50,843 nucleotides of DNA from a virus (taxonomy: Duplodnaviria; Caudoviricetes), in the IMG/VR virus record IMGVR_UViG_3300009786_000020, positions 1-50,843 of that record, one strand, 5' to 3'. The position numbers and the translations under genes were made by a program. This document shows, in pieces, positions 38,205 to 47,785 of the stretch. The stretch's first letter is position 1; each line of letters opens with the position of its first letter. The notes beneath the pieces were generated by a model. It was not told the DNA's origin and did no database searches. It worked only from the letters and a program-made list of their open reading frames with translations.

Positions 38205-40388
38205 TTACTTTTCCTTTTTATTTTTGCTGCTTCCGCTACCGGCGGAAGGTGAGCTTTGTTTAGTAGCTAAAGCGACATCGCGCTTAGCGGTAGATAAAGT
38301 GTCATCGAGTCTCTTTTCAAATATTTGGCCCGCAGCTTTGCTCTTATTGGCAACGCCATCCAATTGACCTTTGAATTTCTCGACTTCCACTTTCTTTCGT
38401 AAGCTGACAGCTTCTCTATCTCTAGATTGCATATCACCCTTAAGACTTTTAATTTGTTCTTGCGCGCCTTGGAGTGCTTGCTGTAATTTAGCAATCTCAT
38501 CGGTACGTTGTAATACACCTTCCATATCGAATACTTCTGTCTTCTTAAGAACTTCTTGTTTGTCAATAAGTCCTTTTTGATAGGCATCCATATAGAACTC
38601 AAGCTCCGCATATCTATTAGTTGGGAGTGTTGAGCCTGATACGTAAACTATATCATACTTTCCTATAGTAATATCATTTATAACTTTAATTTCGCCAGTC
38701 TTATCATCTACTAACTTCTTATTAAGAACATAGTCATCAATAGAGTTATTAGGCTGAACGACTCTGAATATCTTTTCTTCAGTATATAATTGTTGCATTA
38801 GAGCAAAAGACACCTTAGCTAACCTTGTAAGGCCTGCTTCAATATCTGCAAGCTTAGATTTCATTTTCCTTTGACCAAACTCATCTATGCTAATAGTAGC
38901 CTTGTAAGTCTGAGGAGCTGCTGCAGAGTTACCCATCATCATTTCATATAATCCTAATTGATGGTCTATATCAGCTTTAGCTGATGTCTCATTATGATAT
39001 AACTCATTAGGCAAAGGACTTGGTTGAACTGGCATAGGAGCACCATCAGTTGGGTCAAATGGTATTGCGACCCCTGGTTGTGCCCACTTCTGTTCAAACT
39101 CAGCCATATCTACTGAACCTTCTGGTACAAGTATCTTAGTATTAGTACTTGTAGTAGCATGTGCTATTATCAAAGAGCGTGTCTTATTAATATATTGTTG
39201 TATACCTTTAATCATACGTACATCTGATGTAGGATAAGGTGTTCTTGTGTGTATATTCATAAAAGGGACTATAGGATAATCCTCTGTAGGGAGTATTCTG
39301 CTATATAAATAAGCGTCACCTATTATTATACACATCTTAATCCTAGACACTTCAGTCTGGACTACTTTAATTTTTCCATTTTTTATAAGGTCTTGATGAG
39401 TTACCTGTTCTATCTCCATTTCAGGAGGAGCAGCCTGCTCACTATAACCTAATTGAGCCATCTCTTGTTGTTGCTGCATTTGTATTTGTTGTACTAATGC
39501 TTGCACCTGTTCAGGGTCAGTCATAATATTCTTACCCTGGAATACCCATGCAGGCTTTTGTACATACTCTGCATAGTTATCTTTATCTAATAATTCTTCT
39601 TTTCCTGTAAAGGTTTCATATATTCTATATTTAGGTACTAATATCTTCTCATAACGCTCATAGCCACGTACATATTCATGTCCTTGGACTTGTCCCACAT
39701 CTTCTGGGAATGTAGCTGCTAGATTTTCTTTAGCTAATCCAGTACTTATCTCATTCCAATTTTGGTCTGAATTAGCATTTTGGATAGCCTTATCATACAT
39801 AGGATACATTTTCTTAGCCTGAGGCTTAGTAAACATCCTAGATACAATAATATTCTCTGCATCATCAAAATATCTACTTCTACTATTAGGGTCTATATAA
39901 ACATCAAGAGGGTCAAGGTCTTTTATTATAACCTCTCCTTTACCCATATCTTTAGTAGGGTCTTGAAAGACCTGCATAATGCCCATACCCATCACATAAT
40001 AATCATCTACAGACTGTCTTACCGCTGTTCTTCCATCAGAAATGTCAAACATATAAGACAATAGCGCTGATATTACTTGCGCTACTTTATTATCTGAATC
40101 TTCTCTAGGAGCTACCCTAAATGACGGACGATTAGCTGTCAGCATAGCTTTAGCCGACTCAACCGCAGGATGGATTCTATTAATAACAACAGGAGATTGA
40201 CCCCTATTGATAAGAGTCTCTTCCTGTTCTTCGGTCCATTGACGCCCTAATCTAAACTCTTTATCCTCTTTCGCGTTTCTAGCCCAGGTATCTCGGCTTT
40301 GCGAATAAGTATTAAATATGTCTAAAGTTTCATCAACAAGAGTCTTTTCAGATGAATCATTTGAATTTGTAGTATTTAACATCCCCAT
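38205..40388 (-). CDS. Portal protein (P22-like, long C-terminal coiled coil)
   Basis: GRQW...INRIHPAV, DPLDVYIDP, YPIVPF, QQYINK; start may be 40418, 40388 or 40382. Confidence 0.9.
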   Translation of the reverse strand: MGMLNTTNSNDSSEKTLVDETLDIFNTYSQSRDTWARNAKEDKEFRLGRQWTEEQEETLINRGQSPVVINRIHPAVESAKAMLTANRPSFRVAPREDSDNKVAQVISALLSYMFDISDGRTAVRQSVDDYYVMGMGIMQVFQDPTKDMGKGEVIIKDLDPLDVYIDPNSRSRYFDDAENIIVSRMFTKPQAKKMYPMYDKAIQNANSDQNWNEISTGLAKENLAATFPEDVGQVQGHEYVRGYERYEKILVPKYRIYETFTGKEELLDKDNYAEYVQKPAWVFQGKNIMTDPEQVQALVQQIQMQQQQEMAQLGYSEQAAPPEMEIEQVTHQDLIKNGKIKVVQTEVSRIKMCIIIGDAYLYSRILPTEDYPIVPFMNIHTRTPYPTSDVRMIKGIQQYINKTRSLIIAHATTSTNTKILVPEGSVDMAEFEQKWAQPGVAIPFDPTDGAPMPVQPSPLPNELYHNETSAKADIDHQLGLYEMMMGNSAAAPQTYKATISIDEFGQRKMKSKLADIEAGLTRLAKVSFALMQQLYTEEKIFRVVQPNNSIDDYVLNKKLVDDKTGEIKVINDITIGKYDIVYVSGSTLPTNRYAELEFYMDAYQKGLIDKQEVLKKTEVFDMEGVLQRTDEIAKLQQALQGAQEQIKSLKGDMQSRDREAVSLRKKVEVEKFKGQLDGVANKSKAAGQIFEKRLDDTLSTAKRDVALATKQSSPSAGSGSSKNKKEK

Positions 40389-40398
40389 AATATACGAC

Positions 40399-41892
40399 TT
40401 ATAATACCATCCAATCAATAACTTTTTTCACTATTGTTCTTTTATTATCAGTTTCTGACCAATTTTCTAGTCTACAGGGCTTAGCACCGTCTAATGCGGT
40501 CCATATAGCGTCCATGACATCATCGTGCTTACCCTTAGGATAGGATAAGAACTCTTGTTGTCCTGTCAAGTCCTGCGGCCTCCAGTAGAACTGACCTTTA
40601 GCAAACATAGGAACCATAGATAATAAGCGTTCAGATTTACGATTGCGAGGTTTTACACCCTTTTCAATCCCTGGTATATAAATCCCTTCCTCCTTTTGAA
40701 TTTCTCTTACAGCAGTTCTCAAAGCTTCTTGATATCCTACTGTTTCGATTTTAACACGCCTAGGCTTGTATTTTTTATACATCTCCACTATTTTAGCGGG
40801 TTGCTTTTCAGGGGACAGTCTCTCCCTAAAGATATCTACGGCATACCTATTCCCCTCATAATCCATTCCTATAGCAGCTATAACAAAGAAATCCGCATGT
40901 GCTGCTAAAGAAGAGGCAGGGTCTACACCCATATAAACCTCTACTGGTATAATAGTTCTTTCTTCACCTACAGTCCTTGTCATGCAGGTCTGACCATCTA
41001 TCATCTCAAAGTCATTATGATGCATTTTCATCCATTCTGGTTTAAATGGAGCTGAATCAGGACTCTGTGCTATATTCATGTATTCTTGATAAAATCCATT
41101 AATATTGCCTACAGATGACATATCATTCTTAATTTCTAATATTCGCTCTCTAGGGAACTTAGCCTCCCATAAAGGGACTTCATCTTCATCCCAAATAGAA
41201 TACCACAGCACTTGCCATGATTTAGCCTCCTTTACCCAGTATAAAAAGCAATCTTCGGAGATAACAGTCCCTATCATTACTATCTTACCTTCATCAGATA
41301 AAGATGGCATAACAGCTTCTGTTATCCATTTCCTATTCTTTGTACGGGCCTCTGCAGTATACGCATTCAGCTCCGATTCAAAGTCATCCACTATAATAAG
41401 ATTCGGTCGAGTATCCCCTTCGATAAAACCCCGAACACGCTGACCAGTTCCAACGGCGATAATTCTTGTGCCATTAGCTAGCACTATATCATTGTTGGTC
41501 CAACGTTTCGCAGTATTACCACTCATATCTCCGAATAATGCCTTAAATTTATGAGAATTAGTTAAATGATGTTTAATACGGCTAAGAAAGTTAATAGCCT
41601 GTTGTTGTGATTCAGATACTATTACTATGAATAAATCTTCATCACTTTTCTTAAAAGCCACTCTCCATAAAGGAAAGATAAGTGAAGTTGTGGTACTCTT
41701 AGCTGTACCTCGTGGGGCTGCTATAGCAACCTTCTTTTGCCTATCATTAGCTAAGGCTTTATATACTTCCCCATGAAAAGGGGGTATATCCTTATTTAAT
41801 GCAGTAGGAAAACAATGTACGCCAAATAAAGCCATGTTCTCATAAAGTTTCTTATAAGCTTGCTTCTGGGCGTAAGCTTCTTCATAATCCAT
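40399..41892 (-). CDS. terL: Terminase large subunit
   Basis: APRGTAKST Walker A, IIVDD Walker B, GVDPA and HDDVMDA nuclease motifs. Confidence 0.93.
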   Translation of the reverse strand: MDYEEAYAQKQAYKKLYENMALFGVHCFPTALNKDIPPFHGEVYKALANDRQKKVAIAAPRGTAKSTTTSLIFPLWRVAFKKSDEDLFIVIVSESQQQAINFLSRIKHHLTNSHKFKALFGDMSGNTAKRWTNNDIVLANGTRIIAVGTGQRVRGFIEGDTRPNLIIVDDFESELNAYTAEARTKNRKWITEAVMPSLSDEGKIVMIGTVISEDCFLYWVKEAKSWQVLWYSIWDEDEVPLWEAKFPRERILEIKNDMSSVGNINGFYQEYMNIAQSPDSAPFKPEWMKMHHNDFEMIDGQTCMTRTVGEERTIIPVEVYMGVDPASSLAAHADFFVIAAIGMDYEGNRYAVDIFRERLSPEKQPAKIVEMYKKYKPRRVKIETVGYQEALRTAVREIQKEEGIYIPGIEKGVKPRNRKSERLLSMVPMFAKGQFYWRPQDLTGQQEFLSYPKGKHDDVMDAIWTALDGAKPCRLENWSETDNKRTIVKKVIDWMVL

Positions 41893-41957
41893 GTATATCG
41901 TCCTCTACCCGCCTATGTTTACGATAGTTTGCGTTCCTATCGGCTTTTTCCTTAAAA

Positions 41958-42779
41958 TTATTCGACTTCTTCGTTATCTTCTTGTCGAGAGACTTCTTCC
42001 GACGATGATTCGTGTGGCTCATCTACTTCCTCATAAGTTGTTCTTGTGGCTGTAATAGCCTGTTCTTCTGTTCTTAATTCATCAATAAGGGATGTAGCAC
42101 TATGTGACTCTAACTTATCAATAGTTTTGACAAGATGCTTGTCTTTCATCCCATGCATATCCTGTAGGTTCTCTACGGCACGCATTAGATTAGTAGTATC
42201 ATTCTTATCTTTACACTTATCAATAGCTTCCTTTAATAAATCAAGGGTGTATTCTTCAGTTAATCCATGGTCTGTTAGTAGACCTTGAAGTTCCTTTTTA
42301 ACCATAGTCTTAAATATCTCCGACTTCATGGTGCGTTTCCATTTTCTACGCTCCATATCGTTTACAGCACCCATAGCCCACTCTATAGCCAAATCATAAT
42401 CTGGTTTAAGGGCAAACATAGTTGCTAGATTTTTCATTTTATCTTGTCCTGATTGGACCTCGATGTAACTCTTACCAGTAAAGGTTACATTAGTCTTTCG
42501 ACCTCTTACATTTAATTGTTTAGATTTATACTTTGGACTAAAGAATGTATAGCCCCAAGGAAAGCGGAGGTATATGTTAATCCCACCTGACTTATGAGGA
42601 TAGTTACGTTTTGAAATAACCTTAGCAACATACCCATCATCTGAAATAGCATAGTCCCCCGCATCAGCTTCCTTCCAATAAGAGTAATCAACCCCCTTTT
42701 GCTTAGCTTCCTCTTCCCCATACACAGAATATGTAGTGGGTCCTATGTCACCTTTATGGTGAATATCAATTGTATACAT
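41958..42779 (-). CDS. Probable terminase small subunit with an N-terminal extension
   Basis: Directly upstream of TerL; helical C-terminal half. Confidence 0.5.
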   Translation of the reverse strand: MYTIDIHHKGDIGPTTYSVYGEEEAKQKGVDYSYWKEADAGDYAISDDGYVAKVISKRNYPHKSGGINIYLRFPWGYTFFSPKYKSKQLNVRGRKTNVTFTGKSYIEVQSGQDKMKNLATMFALKPDYDLAIEWAMGAVNDMERRKWKRTMKSEIFKTMVKKELQGLLTDHGLTEEYTLDLLKEAIDKCKDKNDTTNLMRAVENLQDMHGMKDKHLVKTIDKLESHSATSLIDELRTEEQAITATRTTYEEVDEPHESSSEEVSRQEDNEEVE

Positions 42780-42789
42780 TGTTAGTTAC

Positions 42790-43083
42790 TTAAAATCTCC
42801 ACTTAGCGCCTACCGTGATATTGCCTGGGCTATACCCCACGCTGTAGCTAGAACTGTCATTAGGAGAATATTCAATCCTATCCATATTAACATCGAAATT
42901 ATCCCCAAGCTTAGAGTTAGCATAAGCCCCAAGAAGGCCACTGGCCACCTCACCACCTTTAAGGTTCTTAATTGAATTTTGAAGGGAATTAAGCTCATCT
43001 TCTGCCATTTTCGGCAGCTGTGAGAACTTCATCTTCTGCATCTTCGGGTTCTGCATCACTTTGTACAACATCTCTAAATTCAT
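42790..43083 (-). CDS. Hypothetical protein
   Basis: AGGAG RBS; beta-strand C-terminus ending GAKWRF. Confidence 0.6.
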   Translation of the reverse strand: MNLEMLYKVMQNPKMQKMKFSQLPKMAEDELNSLQNSIKNLKGGEVASGLLGAYANSKLGDNFDVNMDRIEYSPNDSSSYSVGYSPGNITVGAKWRF

Positions 43084-43225
43084 CGCTCTCCTTGTGTTTG
43101 TGAGCTATATCACAATATTCTGGACAATTTGGTACTAATTCTTCATTGTACTCTTCAAATAGGTTCATAAATATAAAAATGGAGATAACTATAGAACCTT
43201 CCCATAGTATTTCTCCGAAAGACAC
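42995..43225 (-). CDS. Hypothetical protein with an N-terminal hydrophobic helix
   Basis: AAGGAG RBS, GTG start; CPEYCDIAH motif. Confidence 0.55.
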   Translation of the reverse strand: MSFGEILWEGSIVISIFIFMNLFEEYNEELVPNCPEYCDIAHKHKESDEFRDVVQSDAEPEDAEDEVLTAAENGRR

Positions 43226-43241
43226 TAGAACTCCTTAATCA

Positions 43242-44297
43242 TTAATAGTTTGCTCTAGCTGTATTATAGTACTCGGGGTCATTTTGCTCGGTTTCTCCAC
43301 GCCATTTAGGTATAAAGTCGTCGAATGAGCCATCAGTATCCTCATAAGTTCTAGTCATAAGCTTCTTAGCCACCTGGTCATACATAGCCTTGTCTGAGTC
43401 AGATGTTAAGTCACCAGTACCTCCATACTCATATCTAGCCTTAATATCATCCTCCGTTAGACCATCATAGGTAACAGAGCCATCTTCATTAGTCTCACCA
43501 AAATTCTTGTAGTCCCCAGCTCCATATTTTAGGAATTTACCAGCCTGGTCAGAGAATCTATTCATATAGTCTACTTCATTATTATCCCAGTCAATACCTG
43601 TGTTACCAAGGTTATCTAACTGGTACTGGACCATACTATCTTTACCGCCTGTCATTTGAACAGGGCCATAAGCAGAGCTTCCACCACCAGCTTTTGTACG
43701 TATCCAGGGGTCATAACCTTCAGAGCCTAAAGCCCCTCTATGTTCTGCATTCATTAGAGCATTATAAGTCTTATCAATATTATTAGGGTTATTTGTATTT
43801 CTTAGGGTGCTATCCATGCCTTCCATAGCCTGAGGAGATACTTCATTGACTAAAGCATCCTGTATTGCAGGCTCTGTGGATGTAACGCCATCCCAAGAAT
43901 AAGGTGCATTCTCATAACTAGAGCCACTATAGTCTTGTGGGGCTGGAGTCCCTACGCTTTCACCAGCATAATACTCTTCTTCTGTCTGACTTTGTCCAAT
44001 TGGCTGATTAGCAGCCGCTGCACCCCATATATTAGTCTCAGCACTACGGCTATCAGCTAAAGGTAGTCTACCATCGGTCATACCAAGTCTAGATGCCCAG
44101 TCTGTGGGCTGTGGAGTAGGTACATCCATCATTTTACTGCGGTTTACCTCATCTACTAGGGGGTCAGGAGCCTGTTCATCGGGTCTAGACCCTTGTCTCT
44201 CGTAGCTCCGCTCTAATTGCTCCTGCTCAGCTTGCCTATGTTTCCATCCACCCTGATAAGGGTCAAACATCTTACTATACTTATCAAATATACCCAT
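43242..44297 (-). CDS. Protein with a C-terminal lysozyme-fold (lytic transglycosylase-like) domain
   Basis: ALMNAE (candidate catalytic Glu)...SSAYGPVQMT...EYY; disordered N-terminal half. Confidence 0.65.
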   Translation of the reverse strand: MGIFDKYSKMFDPYQGGWKHRQAEQEQLERSYERQGSRPDEQAPDPLVDEVNRSKMMDVPTPQPTDWASRLGMTDGRLPLADSRSAETNIWGAAAANQPIGQSQTEEEYYAGESVGTPAPQDYSGSSYENAPYSWDGVTSTEPAIQDALVNEVSPQAMEGMDSTLRNTNNPNNIDKTYNALMNAEHRGALGSEGYDPWIRTKAGGGSSAYGPVQMTGGKDSMVQYQLDNLGNTGIDWDNNEVDYMNRFSDQAGKFLKYGAGDYKNFGETNEDGSVTYDGLTEDDIKARYEYGGTGDLTSDSDKAMYDQVAKKLMTRTYEDTDGSFDDFIPKWRGETEQNDPEYYNTARANY

Positions 44298-44445
44298 AAT
44301 ACTCCTAATTTTATATTAAGGACAACAATTTACCCGGTGTCCTCTATAGTGTAGCTCACTAACGCGAGCTTATTAAAATTGAACTAACACGTAAAGTGTT
44401 AGTAGAGCTGCTAACTCACATAAAGGTGAGTGTATCCACCAGGTA

Positions 44446-44474
44446 AATTTAAGCCTATTTCCTTAAAAAAACAA
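44446..44474 (-). promoter_or_regulatory. Putative promoter of the structural arm
   Basis: TTGTTT-N17-TAAATT on the - strand, about 150 nt upstream of ATG 44297. Confidence 0.6.
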
Positions 44475-44698
44475 TAAGAAATATATATATGTGTAAAATA
44501 AGTCTTATATAGAGGAAAATACCCCTTTGCAAAAAGTAGGTTGAGATTGGGTGTGTGGGATATACATCGCTCCCCACCCCATCGAAAATAGGCTGCGGGG
44601 GTCAAAGCTCGGTTGAATCTTCGGTTCCTACGTCACTGATGATTAAACCTGACCCCACTTGCTATTTGATGTGCTGCGTTCGCCTTAGGTGCCCCTGT

Positions 44699-44718
44699 TG
44701 TTCTTGGTACCAAGAACA
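44699..44718. repeat. Perfect 20-bp palindrome in the divergent control region
   Basis: TGTTCTTGGTACCAAGAACA. Confidence 0.9.
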
Positions 44719-44775
44719 GCGCGCTTGTTATCACTTCACTAATGCACCAACTAAAATAATGTCAAAGGAGAAACC

Positions 44776-45018
44776 ATGACAGCATTTCAGCTACTTAAAA
44801 AGTTGGGGACCGTAAAGAAAGGCCCCAAATCTTTTACCGTATACAATCCCACTTCAACTGATGTAGAACCTATCAGAAAGAAGTTGGCTAAAGACCATCC
44901 AAACTTGGAGGTCGTATACAAAGAGAAGTCTCTGAAGGACCCAGAGCCTTTCGTTCGTATTCAGAAGCCTGTAATCGTTGATGAAGATACCTTCACCGAT
45001 TGGGCTGACGACGAGTAA
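44776..45018 (+). CDS. First early gene, hypothetical
   Basis: AAGGAG RBS; followed by a terminator. Confidence 0.75.
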   Translation: MTAFQLLKKLGTVKKGPKSFTVYNPTSTDVEPIRKKLAKDHPNLEVVYKEKSLKDPEPFVRIQKPVIVDEDTFTDWADDE

Positions 45019-45043
45019 GCGAGCTTACTGTCTTTAATAATAT

Positions 45044-45070
45044 AGGGTGCGCGTGCGTACCCTTTATTTT
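45044..45070 (+). terminator. Rho-independent terminator
   Basis: agggtgcg-cgtg-cgtaccct-ttatttt. Confidence 0.75.
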
Positions 45071-45109
45071 ACTACACAGGTTTCATAATGGAGGTAATGC
45101 AATGACAGA

Positions 45110-45560
45110 TGTCTAAGAGGATTTTTCGCTACGAAGCAGCACGTCTTTGTCCTCACCAAATAAAGGCGTAATTCAGCAGTGGAGGTGGCTAACAGTGCAC
45201 CCCTAGTTTACAATTAATAGACCTATGCTTAATAGGTTAAAGCAACTTGATTAGAGGAATCTAATTCGTGCTTGTAAAGTGCGTTAATGGGAATAGAGAT
45301 TAAATTCGGAACTCCCATATTGAAATGATTCGAGAGTAAGGTGTACTGCGAGAAAGTAGTACTTTATTAGGAGTATAAGGGAATTGGGTTGCGCAGAAGT
45401 ATAAGCCCACTGATACCTAAACAAGCTCTCGAACACAGAATTAGGTGGTATAAATCGGACTAAGTAGGGCTACGTCCTCCGAAACATGTTCCGAATCATT
45501 TCGATGGAAATGGTACATATCACCTGATAATATTGAAGGTGTCACCGTTATCTCATTGTG
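45110..45560 (+). ncRNA. Candidate large structured noncoding RNA (family not recognised; strand assumed from context)
   Basis: No credible ORF; many hairpins and a 14-bp long-range stem 45319-45332/45492-45505. Confidence 0.5.
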
Positions 45561-45638
45561 ATGATAAATAGTGAACTAAATGTATTGAATCAGATACAGC
45601 CAATAGTTTATTTTGAACAAACAAACAAAGGAGTAACA

Positions 45639-45755
45639 ATGGAAACAATACTACTAATGTTAGGATACTGTATATTCTTTATGTTTATATTGTTTATTAG
45701 TATAGGCATCACTTTAAGAGTTATGCTATGGATAGATGAAAGGCGTAAGATATGA
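45639..45755 (+). CDS. Small membrane protein (38 aa)
   Basis: AAAGGAG RBS; single TM helix. Confidence 0.65.
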   Translation: METILLMLGYCIFFMFILFISIGITLRVMLWIDERRKI

Positions 45756-45931
45756 GAAGTGGAAAGACTGAGTACATTCATCATAATGCATGCCCTTATA
45801 AGCATAAACATCAGCTTGTAGAGTGGTTAGTTAAGTACCGCAATTTTACTAAATCTGGTGCTAATAAGTTGAGTAAGAAACAATGTTATGCCATATGGTA
45901 TAAGCCTTCTGAATCTAAGGAGCTTGTATAA
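45752..45931 (+). CDS. Small basic hypothetical protein (59 aa, MRSGKTEYIHHNACPYK...)
   Basis: ATGA overlap; read by hand. Confidence 0.6.
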   Translation: MRSGKTEYIHHNACPYKHKHQLVEWLVKYRNFTKSGANKLSKKQCYAIWYKPSESKELV

Positions 45932-46071
45932 TGAATGACATAAAATGGTTTAAGAGGGTAAGCGTAAGGTTTGCCCTTGTTGTGTATTTGTTAATTGGAC
46001 TTTCATATACATATCCCCAAATCCTCAAAGTCCTATTCTGGCCCTTTCATTATGGGCCTACAGGTCATTAG
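45931..46071 (+). CDS. Small membrane protein (46 aa)
   Basis: AAGGAG RBS; TAATG coupling; hydrophobic core. Confidence 0.55.
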   Translation: MNDIKWFKRVSVRFALVVYLLIGLSYTYPQILKVLFWPFHYGPTGH

Positions 46072-46079
46072 GAGAACAA

Positions 46080-46376
46080 ATGACAAAAAATGATGCAAAG
46101 AATACAGTCTTTAGAGAAATTGACCCTATAATGATACTTACGACTATGTTTCATATGGGAACTCTTTCAATAAAGGCTGCCGGGATGGTTATGCCTAAAG
46201 ATGTTATGATAGACCATATTAAATTGATATCTACAATGCAAACAGCAATGGCGACAGCTATGAATGCTACTGAAAAAGAAGTTATAGAAGCACTAAAAGC
46301 TGCTAATGAATTAGAAGAAGTATCCGAAATGTTAAATGTAGATGGTATTAATGAAAGTATAATAGGCGAAAGCTAA
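46080..46376 (+). CDS. Hypothetical protein
   Basis: AGGAG RBS. Confidence 0.7.
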   Translation: MTKNDAKNTVFREIDPIMILTTMFHMGTLSIKAAGMVMPKDVMIDHIKLISTMQTAMATAMNATEKEVIEALKAANELEEVSEMLNVDGINESIIGES

Positions 46377-46586
46377 AATAAAGAGAGTAATGGATTATTG
46401 GGACTATGTTACCATCCCTGCTCTCTTTTTACTATGGTCTAACCATATCGTCGTGGATGCCTGGGCGATTATAAAAGGGCATCATCATTCAATTTCCAGC
46501 GATAAATAGCCTCATGGACACAGTCCGTTTGTTTAAAACCTGTCTCAACTGGCTGACAGGCGCTGGATTAATTTAGAAAGGCAATA

Positions 46587-46802
46587 ATGAAATACCATAT
46601 TAAACAGAACAAACGTTTAGGAGGCTATAGTAAAGTATACTGGTCACGACCACAATCTTATTGTAACAGATATACTAAGACAATAAACTTTATAGAAGAT
46701 GCCTATCGTAGAACAGATGGTAGGTATGTATTAACAATAGATTCAATATGCACAGCTTGTAAAAAAAGCTTTATTAGGCAACAATTAAACATAAAGCAAT
46801 AA
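46587..46802 (+). CDS. Hypothetical protein
   Basis: AAAGG RBS; CTAC motif. Confidence 0.6.
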   Translation: MKYHIKQNKRLGGYSKVYWSRPQSYCNRYTKTINFIEDAYRRTDGRYVLTIDSICTACKKSFIRQQLNIKQ

Positions 46803-46920
46803 AACGGAAGGAATTGTTAAATGTTAGATATCTTTTATCTCTTTATATGGCTGTATGCATGCTTTATTGTCGCAACAGTTATATTTAGTTACGCAACCTC
46901 ATTATTTAAGGAGAACGACA

Positions 46921-47232
46921 ATGAGTGAATATCAAGCAATGCTATGTCTGATTATAATGTCCGCAACACTGATTATATTAGCCATGGTAACTAACGAGGG
47001 TAAGTATCCTACAAAATATGAAGACCCTATAGAACAATACTACTATAATACTGATACTTATATGGTAGAGCCCAAAACCGATAATATCGATTATATTGAT
47101 ATTGATGACCTCACATTTGATGAAGCTTTTAATTTAATGAGGAGATGGAAAGGGGCCAAGTCAGACTTCTTCTGGCACGGTGAGCGATATAATACCAATC
47201 ATCGTGAAGAAGGAGTTATACCGAGCAACTAA
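46921..47232 (+). CDS. Membrane-anchored hypothetical protein
   Basis: AAGGAG before ATG 46921; N-terminal TM helix; TFDEAF...FFWHGERYNT motif. Confidence 0.7.
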   Translation: MSEYQAMLCLIIMSATLIILAMVTNEGKYPTKYEDPIEQYYYNTDTYMVEPKTDNIDYIDIDDLTFDEAFNLMRRWKGAKSDFFWHGERYNTNHREEGVIPSN

Positions 47233-47322
47233 ACTAACGTTTGTTTGTTCTCAACAGGATAAGGGAGGAGCGTTTTTCTATATTTTGACGTTCCTTCCAA
47301 ATCCTATATATAGGAGCCTGTA

Positions 47323-47541
47323 ATGGCAAAAATAGAATATAGCCTACAACGTCTGTTAAGGACCACTCAAACTGTTCCCATTAAAGAAGTAGATAATAAT
47401 ATTGACTATTATGAAATTGACAACCCCCCCGAACCTCATGATGATAGAATTGATATGCTTTGTAATTTAAGAAGTATGTTAGGCTCGAAATTATTTAAAC
47501 AATGGGCAGAAGTAAGTAGTGTGGAAACATACGATGTATAG
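47323..47541 (+). CDS. Hypothetical protein
   Basis: AGGAG RBS. Confidence 0.6.
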   Translation: MAKIEYSLQRLLRTTQTVPIKEVDNNIDYYEIDNPPEPHDDRIDMLCNLRSMLGSKLFKQWAEVSSVETYDV

Positions 47542-47785
47542 CGTTATATACAAAATGGATACTTATATGACCAAAGAATTTAAGGAGCTTGAACAAGCAC
47601 TCAAATTCGCTGAATATAAGATTGATAATGGTACATTTATAAAAATTAAAAGCTCAAAGACCCTTAAGCAATATAAAGGTAAAAGTAGCTATAATTTAAA
47701 TATATGGTACAATGAAGAATCTGCTAAGGTAGCAGATATGTTAGCTAACAACACGCCGAAAGGCACAGGTAAAAAGGAGACTTAA
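47534..47785 (+). CDS. Hypothetical basic protein
   Basis: Abuts the Ubl gene; likely start ATG 47534. Confidence 0.6.
   Translation: MYSVIYKMDTYMTKEFKELEQALKFAEYKIDNGTFIKIKSSKTLKQYKGKSSYNLNIWYNEESAKVADMLANNTPKGTGKKET

Noticed and set aside
8750-42288. Many + strand ORFs antisense to the structural genes
   Set aside because: They lie inside long - strand genes, lack RBSs and show shadow-ORF composition
44411-44779. Track ORFs 44411..44605 (-) and 44555..44779 (+)
   Set aside because: No RBS, atypical composition, and they overlap the divergent control region
45110-45560. tRNA, tmRNA, RNase P RNA or hammerhead ribozyme
   Set aside because: No T-loop/CCA end, no GAGGAAAGUCC P4 signature and no complete CUGAUGA...GAAA core found by eye; left as an unknown RNA
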